Source of the DNA: an uncultured Mycoplasma sp.
GTDB taxonomy: Bacteria > Bacillota_I > Bacilli_A > RF39 > UBA660
DNA: 64,000 nt
Reading direction: 5' to 3'
Assembly: GCA_945947035.1 (NCBI GenBank)
Contig: CAMEXD010000001.1
Coordinates: 26,197 to 90,196, forward strand
A program made the translations under genes and the position numbers. Below the pieces are notes generated by a model. It saw only the letters and a program-made list of their open reading frames with translations, had not been told where the DNA came from and made no database searches. The first letter of the stretch is position 1, and every line of letters starts with the position of its first letter. Positions 10,073 to 20,105 of the stretch are shown here, piece by piece.

Positions 10073-10969
10073 ATGTATGATTGTATAATAATTGGTGCTG
10101 GAATTTCTGGAATGACTGCAGCGATTTATCTAAAAAGAGCAGGTAAAAAAGTTTTAGTTTTAGAAAAAGAAACCATTGGAGGACAGATTTCTTCTTCCTT
10201 AATGGTTTCTAACTATCCTGGTTTTATCTGTATTTCAGGACCAGAACTTATATCTAATATTTATGATCAATTAGTAAATTTAGATATTCCTCTTGAAATA
10301 GAAGAAGTAAAAAGTATTACCACTGACAAAATTAAAAAGGTAGCAACTGACTATAATACTTATGAAACAAAAACAATTATAATTTCAACTGGAGCAAGAT
10401 ATAGACTTCTTAATTTACCTAACGAAGAAAACTTAATTGGCAATGGAATTCACTTTTGTGTAGCTTGTGATGGTGCTTTTTATAAAGACAAAGATGTTGC
10501 TGTAGTAGGAGGAGGAAATACTGCACTTGTAAATGCTTTATCTTTATCTGATATTTGTAAAACAGTTTACATAGTTCAAAATTTAGAAAAATTAACTGGC
10601 GAAATTGCTTTACAAGAAAAGATAAAAGAAAAAGATAATATCATAGTTTTAACAAGTTCTATTGTAAAAAAAATAAATGGTGAAGAATCTTTAGAATCTG
10701 TTACAATAGAAAAAGAAAAGAGTGAAGAAGAACTAAAACTAGATGGTATGTTTATATCAATTGGACTTGTTCCTCAAAATGAAATATTTAAAGATATAAT
10801 AAAACTTGATGAAAATAATTATATTGATTCAAATGATTGTAACACAAATGTAGAAGGCATTTTTACAGCAGGTGATTGTAGGACTAAAAAGTTTAGACAA
10901 TTAACAACAGCATCAGGAGACGGTACAACATCAGCACTTCTTGCAATAGATTATTTAAATAACAATTAG
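10073..10969 (+). CDS. trxB: Thioredoxin reductase
   Basis: GAGISG, CVACDG, GGGNTA, AGDC motifs. Confidence 0.92.
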   Translation: MYDCIIIGAGISGMTAAIYLKRAGKKVLVLEKETIGGQISSSLMVSNYPGFICISGPELISNIYDQLVNLDIPLEIEEVKSITTDKIKKVATDYNTYETKTIIISTGARYRLLNLPNEENLIGNGIHFCVACDGAFYKDKDVAVVGGGNTALVNALSLSDICKTVYIVQNLEKLTGEIALQEKIKEKDNIIVLTSSIVKKINGEESLESVTIEKEKSEEELKLDGMFISIGLVPQNEIFKDIIKLDENNYIDSNDCNTNVEGIFTAGDCRTKKFRQLTTASGDGTTSALLAIDYLNNN

Positions 10970-11057
10970 ATAAAAAATTAATAGATAGATTTTATTTTAT
11001 TTCTATCTATTTTTATTATTTTGTGATATAATAAACCCATTAAAAAGAGGTGTTGTT

Positions 11058-11795
11058 ATGGAAAGAAAAGTAGTGTTAATAACTGGTGCATCAAGTGGTA
11101 TAGGAAAATCATGTGCAAGAATTTTTGCAAGTAACAACTATGATGTTATTATTAATTATAATAAAAATGAAGTTAGCGCAACTAAACTTAAAGAAGAATT
11201 AACAAGTACTTATAATGTTAGTGTTGATACAATAAAATGTGATATATCTGTGGAAAGTGATGTGAAAAATATGGTGGATTTTGTTTTATCTAAGTATGGT
11301 AAAATAGACTCATTAATAAATAATGCTGGTATATCATATGATACTTTGTTTTTTGATAAGAGCGTAGAAACATTTAGAAAAGTAATTGATGTTAACTTAA
11401 CAGGTACATTTATTGTTAGTAAATATGTTGGTGAAATATTAAAAAATCAAGGATATGGCAGTATTGTTAATATCTCAAGTAGTAATGCAATAAATACTTA
11501 TTATCCAGAAAGCGTTGATTATGATGCATCTAAAGCAGGAATTATATCACTTACCCATAATTTGGCAAAATGTCTTGCTCCAAATATCAGAGTAAATTGT
11601 ATTGCTCCAGGTTGGGTTGATACACCTATGAATAAAGAAATAGATGAAAAACAAAAAGAAGAACTTTGTAAAAATGTTTTACTAAATAGATTTGCAAGTG
11701 CTGATGAAATTTCTAAGGTAATATTTTTTGTTTCTCATGATGCAACTTATATAAATAATAGTGTTATAACAGTAGATGGAGGTAGTTTATGTTAG
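11058..11795 (+). CDS. SDR family oxidoreductase (FabG-like)
   Basis: TGASSGIG, NNAG, YDASK. Confidence 0.88.
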   Translation: MERKVVLITGASSGIGKSCARIFASNNYDVIINYNKNEVSATKLKEELTSTYNVSVDTIKCDISVESDVKNMVDFVLSKYGKIDSLINNAGISYDTLFFDKSVETFRKVIDVNLTGTFIVSKYVGEILKNQGYGSIVNISSSNAINTYYPESVDYDASKAGIISLTHNLAKCLAPNIRVNCIAPGWVDTPMNKEIDEKQKEELCKNVLLNRFASADEISKVIFFVSHDATYINNSVITVDGGSLC

Positions 11796-13015
11796 ATTTA
11801 GAAAAATTAAGCAAAGAAGTTGAAGACCAACTACAAGAAAAATTTAAACAAATAGATGATTTATGTTATTTTAATAGTAAAAAAGTCATAGATGCTTTTA
11901 ATAAAGAAAGCGTTTCAGAAATACATTTTAATACTACAACAGGATATGGTTATAATGATATAGGAAGAGATACAATTGAAAAAGTATTTGCTAGAATATT
12001 TAATTGTGAAGATGCACTTGTTAGAAATCAATTCATTTCAGGAAGTCATGCTCTAACAGTTTGTTTATTTGGACTTTTAAGACCAAATGATGTACTACTT
12101 AGTATCTGTGGTAAACCTTATGATACTTTAGATTCAGTAATTGGTATAACTCCTAATGAAAGTTCTTTAATGTCATTTGGAGTAAACTATGAACAAATTG
12201 ATTTAGTTGATAATGATTTTAATTACGAACAAATAGAAGAAAGATTAAAAAAATCTTTTGTTAAGGTTATAGAGATTCAAAGATCAAAAGGTTATTCAAC
12301 TAGAAAAAGTATAGGCATTGATAAAGTTTCAAAAGTTATCTCATTAATAAAAAAAGTAAGTCCAAATACAATTGTTATGATAGATAATTGTTATTGTGAA
12401 TTTGTAAATAAAAAAGAACCAACTGAAGTAGGAGCGGATATAGTAGTAGGCTCTCTTATTAAAAACTTAGGTGGAGGTATTGCTTTAAATGGTGCTTATA
12501 TAGTAGGTAAAAAAGATTTAGTAAAGCTTTGCGCTGAAAGATTAACAGTACCAGGAGAAGGAAAAGAAGTTGGACCAAGTTTAGGAGCAAATAGAAATAT
12601 ATTACAAGGATTATTTATGGCACCAAGTGTTGTTTCTAGTAGTTTAAAAACATCTATATTTGCAAGTTGTATGATGGAAAAATTAGGATATGAAGTTGAA
12701 CCAAAATGGAACGAAGAAAGAGCAGACATAGTTCAAAATATTATATTTAATGATCCAGAAAAATTAATAAAATATTGTGAAGGAATTCAAGCAGGTTCAC
12801 CAATTGATTCAAATGCTTTGCCAATTCCAGATGATATGCCAGGTTATGATGATAAAGTAATTATGGCTGCAGGATGCTTTACTAATGGTTCTTCAATTGA
12901 ATTATCTTGTGATGGACCATTAAGAAGTCCATACATTGCTTATCAACAAGGTGGACTTACCTATGAATATGGAAAAATTGGTGTAATAAGTGCAATAGAA
13001 AGATTGATAAAATAA
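11789..13015 (+). CDS. PLP-dependent methionine gamma-lyase family / aluminium-resistance protein (YnbB-like)
   Basis: GYGYNDIGRD, SGSHAL, IQRSKGYS, DNCYCEF, GSLIKNLGGG. Confidence 0.9.
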   Translation: MLDLEKLSKEVEDQLQEKFKQIDDLCYFNSKKVIDAFNKESVSEIHFNTTTGYGYNDIGRDTIEKVFARIFNCEDALVRNQFISGSHALTVCLFGLLRPNDVLLSICGKPYDTLDSVIGITPNESSLMSFGVNYEQIDLVDNDFNYEQIEERLKKSFVKVIEIQRSKGYSTRKSIGIDKVSKVISLIKKVSPNTIVMIDNCYCEFVNKKEPTEVGADIVVGSLIKNLGGGIALNGAYIVGKKDLVKLCAERLTVPGEGKEVGPSLGANRNILQGLFMAPSVVSSSLKTSIFASCMMEKLGYEVEPKWNEERADIVQNIIFNDPEKLIKYCEGIQAGSPIDSNALPIPDDMPGYDDKVIMAAGCFTNGSSIELSCDGPLRSPYIAYQQGGLTYEYGKIGVISAIERLIK

Positions 13016-13068
13016 ATTATTGGTAAACAAAATATTGACATAATATTTAATTTATGATAATATCAAAG

Positions 13069-13213
13069 ACGTAGAGGAATATTATATTATTTTATAAATA
13101 TAATAAAAAAGAAACATACTAATTTGGTTTGTTAGTACTTGTTTCTGTTCTACATTATGTTTATGTATATTGTAAAAAAAGCACCTTTTCAAAGATGAAT
13201 TGGTACTTTTTTT
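13069..13213 (+). ncRNA. Putative antitoxin sRNA, copy 1
   Basis: TTGACA-N17-TAATAT promoter with TG extension; no ORF; internal hairpins; terminator 13174-13213; convergent with a small peptide gene. Confidence 0.6.
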
Positions 13214-13221
13214 GTTATGTT

Positions 13222-13284
13222 CTATTTTTTTGCTTCTTTTAAAATAAGTAAAAGGAGTATGCAAAATACAATAATTTGCTCCAC
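13222..13284 (-). CDS. Putative type I toxin, 20-aa hydrophobic peptide MEQIIVFCILLLLILKEAKK
   Basis: AGAAAGGA SD 6 nt before GTG; TTGATT-N17-TAAAAT promoter at 13409-13381; single TM helix with basic tail. Confidence 0.65.
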   Translation of the reverse strand: MEQIIVFCILLLLILKEAKK

Positions 13285-13458
13285 AACTAATCCTTTCTAA
13301 CATAGAACACCACCTCCGTTCTATGAATAATTTGTAGAACAGAAAGTTTAAGTACCAACAATTAGTATGCCTCAAGTTAAATTTTATCATATAAATATAT
13401 ATTAATCAATAGTTTAATACATTGTTGACAAAAAACTTTATTTATGATAATATCAAAG

Positions 13459-13600
13459 ACGTAGAGGAATATTATATTATTTTATAAATATAATAAAAAA
13501 GAAACATACTAATTTGGTTTGTTAGTACTTGTTTCTATTCTACGTTATATTTTAGTAGATAAAAAAAGTACCTTTTCAAAGATGAATTGGTACTTTTTTT
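13459..13600 (+). ncRNA. Putative antitoxin sRNA, copy 2 (orphan)
   Basis: Same promoter; ACGTAGA/TCTACGT closing stem; AAAAAAAGTACC/GGTACTTTTTTT terminator. Confidence 0.55.
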
Positions 13601-13670
13601 GTTATGTTCTATTTTTGTAATATATTTATAAATTTATACATATATTTATAAAGTATATCGGAGGAAATAT

Positions 13671-13949
13671 ATGATAAATAATGAAAAAATTAATAATTTA
13701 AAATGGTTAATAATAAATGAAAGAAAAACAAAAGAAGATAATTATATACTTGAAAAATATGAACAAGAAATTTTAATGTTAAATAGTCCATCACTTTCTT
13801 TATGGTTTATTTCTTTTTTTGATACAAAAAATTTACCTAATCATATAGAAATAATAATAAATAGTAGTAATAAAGATTTAATAAATAAATGTGTTGAAAT
13901 TGTTAATATTATAAAAGATGATAAAAGAAAAGTTAGAAAATTAGTATAG
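13671..13949 (+). CDS. Hypothetical protein
   Basis: GGAGG RBS, 92 aa ORF. Confidence 0.65.
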   Translation: MINNEKINNLKWLIINERKTKEDNYILEKYEQEILMLNSPSLSLWFISFFDTKNLPNHIEIIINSSNKDLINKCVEIVNIIKDDKRKVRKLV

Positions 13950-13970
13950 AATTCTTAATTTTAAATTTTT

Positions 13971-13997
13971 TTAGCACTCACTATTGACAAGTGCTAA
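13971..13997 (+). promoter_or_regulatory. CIRCE element (HrcA operator) overlapping the sigma-A promoter of clpB
   Basis: TTAGCACTC-N9-AAGTGCTAA (one mismatch to consensus); TTGACA 13984, TATAAT 14006. Confidence 0.92.
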
Positions 13998-14031
13998 AAT
14001 AGTGATATAATATATATTCGAGGTGATAAAT

Positions 14032-16122
14032 ATGAATAATTTTAATGAGGAAGAAAATGTTAATGTCCTTGAAAAATATGGACGTAATATAACTGAAGCA
14101 GTTAAAAATAGAAAAGTTGATCCAGTAATTGGTAGAGATGAAGAAATAAGAAGCATTACTCGTATTCTATCACGTAAAACCAAAAATAATCCAGTTTTGA
14201 TTGGAGAACCTGGAGTTGGTAAAACTGCAATAGTGGAAGGACTTGCATCTCGTATTGTAAAAGGGGATGTTCCAGAAAGCTTAAAAAATAAAACAATATG
14301 GGAACTTGATATGGCAAGCTTAATTGCAGGTGCTAAATATCGTGGGGAATTCGAAGAAAGACTTGAAAAAGTTTTAAGTGAAATAAAAAAATCAGATGGT
14401 AATATTATTATGTTTATTGATGAAATCCATACAATTGTATCATCTGCTTCTGAAGGCATGATGGATACTAGTAATATTCTAAAACCAATGCTTGCAAGAG
14501 GTGAAATAAAACTAATTGGAGCAACTACTTTAAATGAATATAGAAAATATATTGAAAAAGATGGCGCTCTTGAAAGACGTTTTCAAAAAATAATCGTTCA
14601 TGAACCAACTATAGAAGATACAATAACAATTCTTCGTGGTTTAAAAGAAAGATTTGAAATTCATCATGGAGTATCAATTCAAGATAAAGCTCTAATCGCT
14701 GCAGCAAATATGTCAAATAGATATATAACAGATAGATATTTACCAGATAAAGCAATTGATTTGGTTGATGAAGCTTGTGCAACAATTAGGGTCCAAATGG
14801 ATTCAGTTCCAACATCTCTTGATGAACTTACAAGAAAAATAATGAAACTTGAGATAGAACAAGAAGCAATAAAAAAAGAAAAAGATGAATTATCTAAAAA
14901 AAGAAAAGCTGAAATAGAAGAAGAATTGATAACTTTAAAACAAGAACAAAAAGTTTTACAAGATTCTTGGGATAAAGAAAAAAGCATTAATGATGATATT
15001 AAAAAGAAAAAATCAGAAATAGAAAAAGCTAACTTTGATTTAGAACAAGCAGAAAATAGATATGATTTAGAAACTGCAGCCAGATTAAAACATGGTGTTA
15101 TACCTAGTTTAGAAAAAGAACTTGAAGAATTAAACAATAAAGAAAAAAATAAATTATTAAGTAATGTTGTAACAAGCGATGATATTGCAAATGTTATATC
15201 AAAATGGACTTCAATTCCTATTACAAAACTTATAAGTAGTGAAAAGGAAAAATTATTAAACCTTTATGATAATTTGTCTAAAAACGTTATGGGTCAAAGT
15301 GAAGCTTTAAAACTTGTAAGCGATGCGATTATAAGAAGTAGAAGTGGAATAAAAGATCCAAATCGTCCAATAGGTTCATTCATCTTTTTAGGACCAACTG
15401 GAGTAGGTAAAACAGAAGTTGCAAAATCTCTTGCTTATGAATTATTTGATGATTACAAACACATGATAAGAATTGATATGAGTGAGTATATGGAAAAGTT
15501 TTCAGTATCAAGACTTATTGGAAGTCCTCCAGGATATGTTGGTTATGAAGAAGGAGGACAACTTACTGAAGCAGTAAGAAGAAATCCATATAGTATTATT
15601 CTATTTGATGAAATAGAAAAAGCACATCCAGAAGTTCTTAATTTGTTACTTCAAATTCTTGATGATGGTAGATGTACTGATTCTAATGGAAGAACTGTTG
15701 ATTTTAAAAATACTATAATTATTATGACATCAAATGTTGGTAGTGAACATATTTTAGAAGGACATGATGAACTTGTATTAAAAGAGTTAACTAATTACTT
15801 TAAACCTGAGTTTATAAATAGAATAGATGAAGTTATCGTATTTAACAAATTAACCAAAGATGTTCTATATCAAATTTTAGATAAAATAATTAAAGAAATA
15901 GAACTTCGTTTAAAAGACTTGAATGTTAAAATAAATTTAGATGAATCTGCTAAAAAGTATTTTATAGATAACGGCTATAGTGAATCTTATGGTGCGAGAC
16001 CATTAAAAAGATTAGTATCAAAAGAACTTGAAACAGTACTTGCTAAAAAAATTATTAATAATGAAATAAAAGAAAATAGCATTATAAAAGTTTCATATCA
16101 TGATAGAATTATTATAGAATAA
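14032..16122 (+). CDS. clpB: ClpB chaperone lacking the N-terminal Clp repeat domain
   Basis: [19 protein letters not shown], coiled-coil M domain, [24 protein letters not shown]. Confidence 0.92.
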   Translation: MNNFNEEENVNVLEKYGRNITEAVKNRKVDPVIGRDEEIRSITRILSRKTKNNPVLIGEPGVGKTAIVEGLASRIVKGDVPESLKNKTIWELDMASLIAGAKYRGEFEERLEKVLSEIKKSDGNIIMFIDEIHTIVSSASEGMMDTSNILKPMLARGEIKLIGATTLNEYRKYIEKDGALERRFQKIIVHEPTIEDTITILRGLKERFEIHHGVSIQDKALIAAANMSNRYITDRYLPDKAIDLVDEACATIRVQMDSVPTSLDELTRKIMKLEIEQEAIKKEKDELSKKRKAEIEEELITLKQEQKVLQDSWDKEKSINDDIKKKKSEIEKANFDLEQAENRYDLETAARLKHGVIPSLEKELEELNNKEKNKLLSNVVTSDDIANVISKWTSIPITKLISSEKEKLLNLYDNLSKNVMGQSEALKLVSDAIIRSRSGIKDPNRPIGSFIFLGPTGVGKTEVAKSLAYELFDDYKHMIRIDMSEYMEKFSVSRLIGSPPGYVGYEEGGQLTEAVRRNPYSIILFDEIEKAHPEVLNLLLQILDDGRCTDSNGRTVDFKNTIIIMTSNVGSEHILEGHDELVLKELTNYFKPEFINRIDEVIVFNKLTKDVLYQILDKIIKEIELRLKDLNVKINLDESAKKYFIDNGYSESYGARPLKRLVSKELETVLAKKIINNEIKENSIIKVSYHDRIIIE

Positions 16123-16171
16123 ATTTCTAAATTAAATTTTTAATTATAATATGTTTTAAAAACATTTAATT

Positions 16172-16209
16172 GCATCTGAATTTAAAAGTGTTTAAAATCA
16201 GGTGCTTTT
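16172..16209 (+). terminator. Intrinsic terminator after clpB
   Basis: GCATCTGA...TCAGGTGC followed by TTTT. Confidence 0.6.
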
Positions 16210-16329
16210 ATTATAAACTTATATATAAATAACATATAAACAATGCTGGTTTCTCTAAAAATTTTATAAAAATTTAATTATTGCATAATATAATAAGTAG
16301 TGATATATTATTTTTAGGAGGATAATTAT

Positions 16330-17541
16330 ATGAAAAAATTTAAAAAATTATTTTTAGTTTTTGTTTTAGCACTTCTTTTTATTCCTTGTGTTAAAGCAGA
16401 AGAAATTAAAACTTATGATACTTTATTAACTAGTGAACCAACTAATGTTGAATATCGTAAAGACAATATGAAAGCAGAAGATGACCTAAATTTAACAGGA
16501 AATTACAATAGTAGTACTTTTTTTGCAGGAAATAGTGTATATGATGCAACTAATGTAGATGGAATAAGCTTTGTTGCTGGTAATGATGTTAATATTAATG
16601 GTAATTATGAATATGGATTTGTTGCTGGTAATATCGTTGATGTTAAAGGAAAATATCAAAAAGATGTATTTGTTTTTGGTAATATGGTTTCTTTTTCAAA
16701 TGAATTTTCAGTAGCAAATGATATGTATTTATTTGGAGCAACAGTTACATTAAATGGAAATATTGGTAGAAATTTATTTGTTGCAGCAGATAGACTTGTT
16801 TTAGAAAACGTAACAATAAATGGAGATGTAAATGTTTCAGCATCATCTATTACTTTTGGTGATAATGTTTTAGTAAATGGTACTTTTAAGTACAATGAAG
16901 ATGCAAATTTAAACAACATGGAAAAAGCATCAATTTCAACTATTTTAACTTACGAAATTGAAAATGATTTAAAAGATGTAAATAAATTTGCTGCATATCA
17001 AGACTTTTTATTATCAGTGGTTGGTCTTATTCTTTTAGGAGTTGTTTTATATGCATTATGTCCAAGTGCATTTGAAAAATTAAAAGAAAAAACAAATAAT
17101 TATACTTTTGTTGAAGGTTTAAAAGATTCTGCAGCAGGACTTTTAACATTAATTGGATATCCAATCTTTATGCTAATATTATTATTTACAGTTATATGTA
17201 TACCTATTTCAATTATTGGACTTATTTTATATGGTATAGCAATTTATATGACAACTTTATTTGTTGGCTATTTAGTTGGAGATTTATTATTTAGAAAAGC
17301 TATGGGTAAAGAAGTAAGTGGTTTCTATTCTATAATTATAGGTGTATTAATTGTTAAAATACTAAAATTAATACCATTTATCGGAGGATTTATTTCATTT
17401 ATTGTTCTATGTTTAGGACTTGGTTTAATAGTAAAATTATTATTTTCTAAAAGAAATAAGGAAGTAGCATCAGAAAACATAATTGAAGCAGAAGTTAAAG
17501 AAAAAAAGACAACTAAAAAAATAAAAAAAGAAGAAAAATAA
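16330..17541 (+). CDS. Membrane protein with bactofilin-like beta-helix repeats and C-terminal multi-TM domain
   Basis: Signal peptide; repeated FxAGNxVxxxG units; about 5 TM helices with IPFIGG. Confidence 0.7.
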   Translation: MKKFKKLFLVFVLALLFIPCVKAEEIKTYDTLLTSEPTNVEYRKDNMKAEDDLNLTGNYNSSTFFAGNSVYDATNVDGISFVAGNDVNINGNYEYGFVAGNIVDVKGKYQKDVFVFGNMVSFSNEFSVANDMYLFGATVTLNGNIGRNLFVAADRLVLENVTINGDVNVSASSITFGDNVLVNGTFKYNEDANLNNMEKASISTILTYEIENDLKDVNKFAAYQDFLLSVVGLILLGVVLYALCPSAFEKLKEKTNNYTFVEGLKDSAAGLLTLIGYPIFMLILLFTVICIPISIIGLILYGIAIYMTTLFVGYLVGDLLFRKAMGKEVSGFYSIIIGVLIVKILKLIPFIGGFISFIVLCLGLGLIVKLLFSKRNKEVASENIIEAEVKEKKTTKKIKKEEK

Positions 17542-17662
17542 AATATATTTAAAAAATAAAAAATGTGTTAATTCTAAATTAGACGAATAACACATTTTTT
17601 TATCTTGTCTGAAGTTATATTTTATTATATAATATTTATAGAATAAAGGGAGTGGATTAAAG

Positions 17663-19981
17663 ATGAAATCATTAACAAAAAAAGAATTAGAAATTATGGA
17701 TGCTTATTATAGAGCAGCAAATTATTTATCAGTAGGACAATTATATTTACTTAATAATCCACTTTTAGAAAGACCACTTACAATAAGTGATGTTAAACCT
17801 CGTGTTGTTGGACATTTTGGAACAACGTCTGGACAAAATTTTATTTACGTTCATTTAAATAGAATTATAAAAAAATATGATTTAAATATGATTTATATAT
17901 CAGGTCCTGGTCATGGTGGCAATGCACTTACTTCAAATACTTATCTTGAGGGATCTTTTACTTTAAAGTATAATGATGTAACAGAAGATAAAAAAGGTAT
18001 GCAAAAATTATTTAAAATGTTTAGTTTTCCATATGGTTTATCTTCACATGCTTCTTGTGAAATACCAGGAAGTATTCATGAAGGAGGAGAACTTGGATAT
18101 AGTTTAAGTCATGCTTATGGATCAGTACTTGATAATAAAGATTTAATTGCAGCTTGTGTTATAGGAGATGGCGAAGCAGAAACAGGTCCTCTTAGTACAT
18201 CATGGTTTTTAAATAGAATAATAAATCCAAAAACAGATGGAATAGTTTTACCAATTCTTAATTTAAATGGTTATAAAATATCTAATCCTACGGTATTTGG
18301 AAGAATGACTAATGATGAGTTATATCACTTTTTCGTAGGACATGGTTATAAACCTTATTTAGTTTCAGGAACTGATCCATCATATTTACACGAAAGAATG
18401 GCAAAAGTTCTTGACATGGTTGTAAAAGATATAAAAGAAATAAAAAAATGTAAAACTGAAGAAAAAATAATGTATCCAGTTATTATTGTAAAAACTCCAA
18501 AAGGCTTTATGGGACCAAAAAGAGTAGATGAAAAAGAAATTGAAGGAACATTTAGAGCACATCAAGTTCCTATTGCTGTAGATGATAAACATATTGAAAA
18601 TATAAAATTACTTGAAGATTGGCTTAGAAGTTATAAACCAGAAGAATTATTTGATGATAATGGTAGATTTAAAGAAGAATATCGAAAATTTATTCCTAAT
18701 ACTAATAAATGCATGGGAAATAATCCAGTTTGTAATGGAGGAAATCTATTAAAGGATTTAATACTTCCTGATTTTAGAAATTATGAGTTTAAATTTAAAA
18801 AACGTGGAGCTGAAAAAGCAAGTGATATGATGGAACTTGGTAATTTTATAAGGGATATTATTGCCCTTAATAAAGATAATTTTCTTGTTTTATCTCCAGA
18901 TGAAGCTTTATCAAATAGATTAAATCATATATTTGAAGCAACAAACAGAAAGTGGAACGATAAAATTTTACCAAATGATGAATTTTTAAGTAAAGATGGT
19001 AGAGTAATTGATTCACTTTTATCAGAACATATCTGTGAAGGTCTTTTAGAAGGATATCTATTAACAGGAAGACATGGTGTTATAAGTAGTTATGAAGCAT
19101 TTATTAAAGTAGTTGATTCAATGTGTCATCAACATGCTAAATGGTTAAAAATGTCAAAAGAAGTGCCATGGAGAAGTCCTATTTCTAGTTTAAATTATCT
19201 GTTAACATCACATGCTTGGCAACAAGACCATAATGGTTATACTCATCAAAATCCAGGATTTTTAAATGAACTTGTTGATATGAAAGATGATATAGCAAGA
19301 ATTTATCTTCCAATAGATGCGAATAGTTTAATTTGTAGTTATAACAAAGTATTAAATACTAAAAATAATATCAATGTAATTGTTGCATCAAAACATCAAA
19401 CTTATCAGTGGTTAACTATGAAAGAAGCAATAGATCTTGTAGAAAAAGGAATATCTACTTTAGATTTTGTAAGTAATTGTAAAAAAAATCCAGATGTTAT
19501 TTTAGTAGGAGCTGGAGATACTCCAACATATGAAGTTATTTTAGCAGCAAAAATACTAAAGGATAATATTAAAGGTATTAAAGTAAAAGTAATAAATGTA
19601 ATAGATTTAATGAAATTAAGAAATAAAAATGAACTTTCTGACAAAGAATTTGATAATTTATTTACTAAAGAAAATCATGTTATATTTGCATTCCATGGTT
19701 ATAAAAGTTTAATTCATGAACTAATTTTTGATAGAACAAATAAAAATTTTCATGTTTTTGGATATAATGAAGAAGGTTCAATTACAACTCAATTTGATTT
19801 AAAATCAAGAAATAAAATTGATAGATATAGCTTAGTTTTAGAAAGTTTAAAATACATTAAAGGTCATGATAAAGAAAAAAAATCTTTAGAAAATTATTGT
19901 AATAATATTTTAAAAGAAAATATAAAACATGTTAAAGAATACGGCGATGACTTAGAAGAAATAAAAAAATTTAAATTTTAA
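17663..19981 (+). CDS. xfp: Phosphoketolase (XFP/XPK)
   Basis: GPGHGG, GSIHEGGELGY, GDGEAETG, EGYLLTGRH, QQDHNGYTHQ. Confidence 0.95.
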   Translation: MKSLTKKELEIMDAYYRAANYLSVGQLYLLNNPLLERPLTISDVKPRVVGHFGTTSGQNFIYVHLNRIIKKYDLNMIYISGPGHGGNALTSNTYLEGSFTLKYNDVTEDKKGMQKLFKMFSFPYGLSSHASCEIPGSIHEGGELGYSLSHAYGSVLDNKDLIAACVIGDGEAETGPLSTSWFLNRIINPKTDGIVLPILNLNGYKISNPTVFGRMTNDELYHFFVGHGYKPYLVSGTDPSYLHERMAKVLDMVVKDIKEIKKCKTEEKIMYPVIIVKTPKGFMGPKRVDEKEIEGTFRAHQVPIAVDDKHIENIKLLEDWLRSYKPEELFDDNGRFKEEYRKFIPNTNKCMGNNPVCNGGNLLKDLILPDFRNYEFKFKKRGAEKASDMMELGNFIRDIIALNKDNFLVLSPDEALSNRLNHIFEATNRKWNDKILPNDEFLSKDGRVIDSLLSEHICEGLLEGYLLTGRHGVISSYEAFIKVVDSMCHQHAKWLKMSKEVPWRSPISSLNYLLTSHAWQQDHNGYTHQNPGFLNELVDMKDDIARIYLPIDANSLICSYNKVLNTKNNINVIVASKHQTYQWLTMKEAIDLVEKGISTLDFVSNCKKNPDVILVGAGDTPTYEVILAAKILKDNIKGIKVKVINVIDLMKLRNKNELSDKEFDNLFTKENHVIFAFHGYKSLIHELIFDRTNKNFHVFGYNEEGSITTQFDLKSRNKIDRYSLVLESLKYIKGHDKEKKSLENYCNNILKENIKHVKEYGDDLEEIKKFKF

Positions 19982-20105
19982 TATAGGAAAATAAAAGATA
20001 GTATGTTATAATTTTTGTGTAAAATAAGCATACTTTTTTTATAAAATTTTTTAGTAATATAAAAGTAATATACGATTATTCAGTTTGATATCATAAGAGG
20101 TGCAT

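Larger units (their letters stand above)
13035..13616 (+). repeat. ~190 bp direct repeat, two copies 390 bp apart (13035-13229 and 13425-13616)
   Basis: Near-identical TTGACA...TTTATGATAATATCAAAGACGTAGAGGAAT...GGTACTTTTTTTGTTATGTTCTATTTTT. Confidence 0.95.

Noticed and set aside
13082-13390. 102-aa minus-strand ORF as annotated in the track
   Set aside because: Its start lies inside the predicted promoter; only the ATG at 13303 has an SD, and the better-supported product is the 20-aa peptide in another frame
13035-13616. Duplicated unit as CRISPR array, 6S RNA, SRP RNA or riboswitch
   Set aside because: Only two long copies with no repeat-spacer pattern or cas genes; no SRP GGAA-loop motif, 6S-like central bubble or recognisable aptamer
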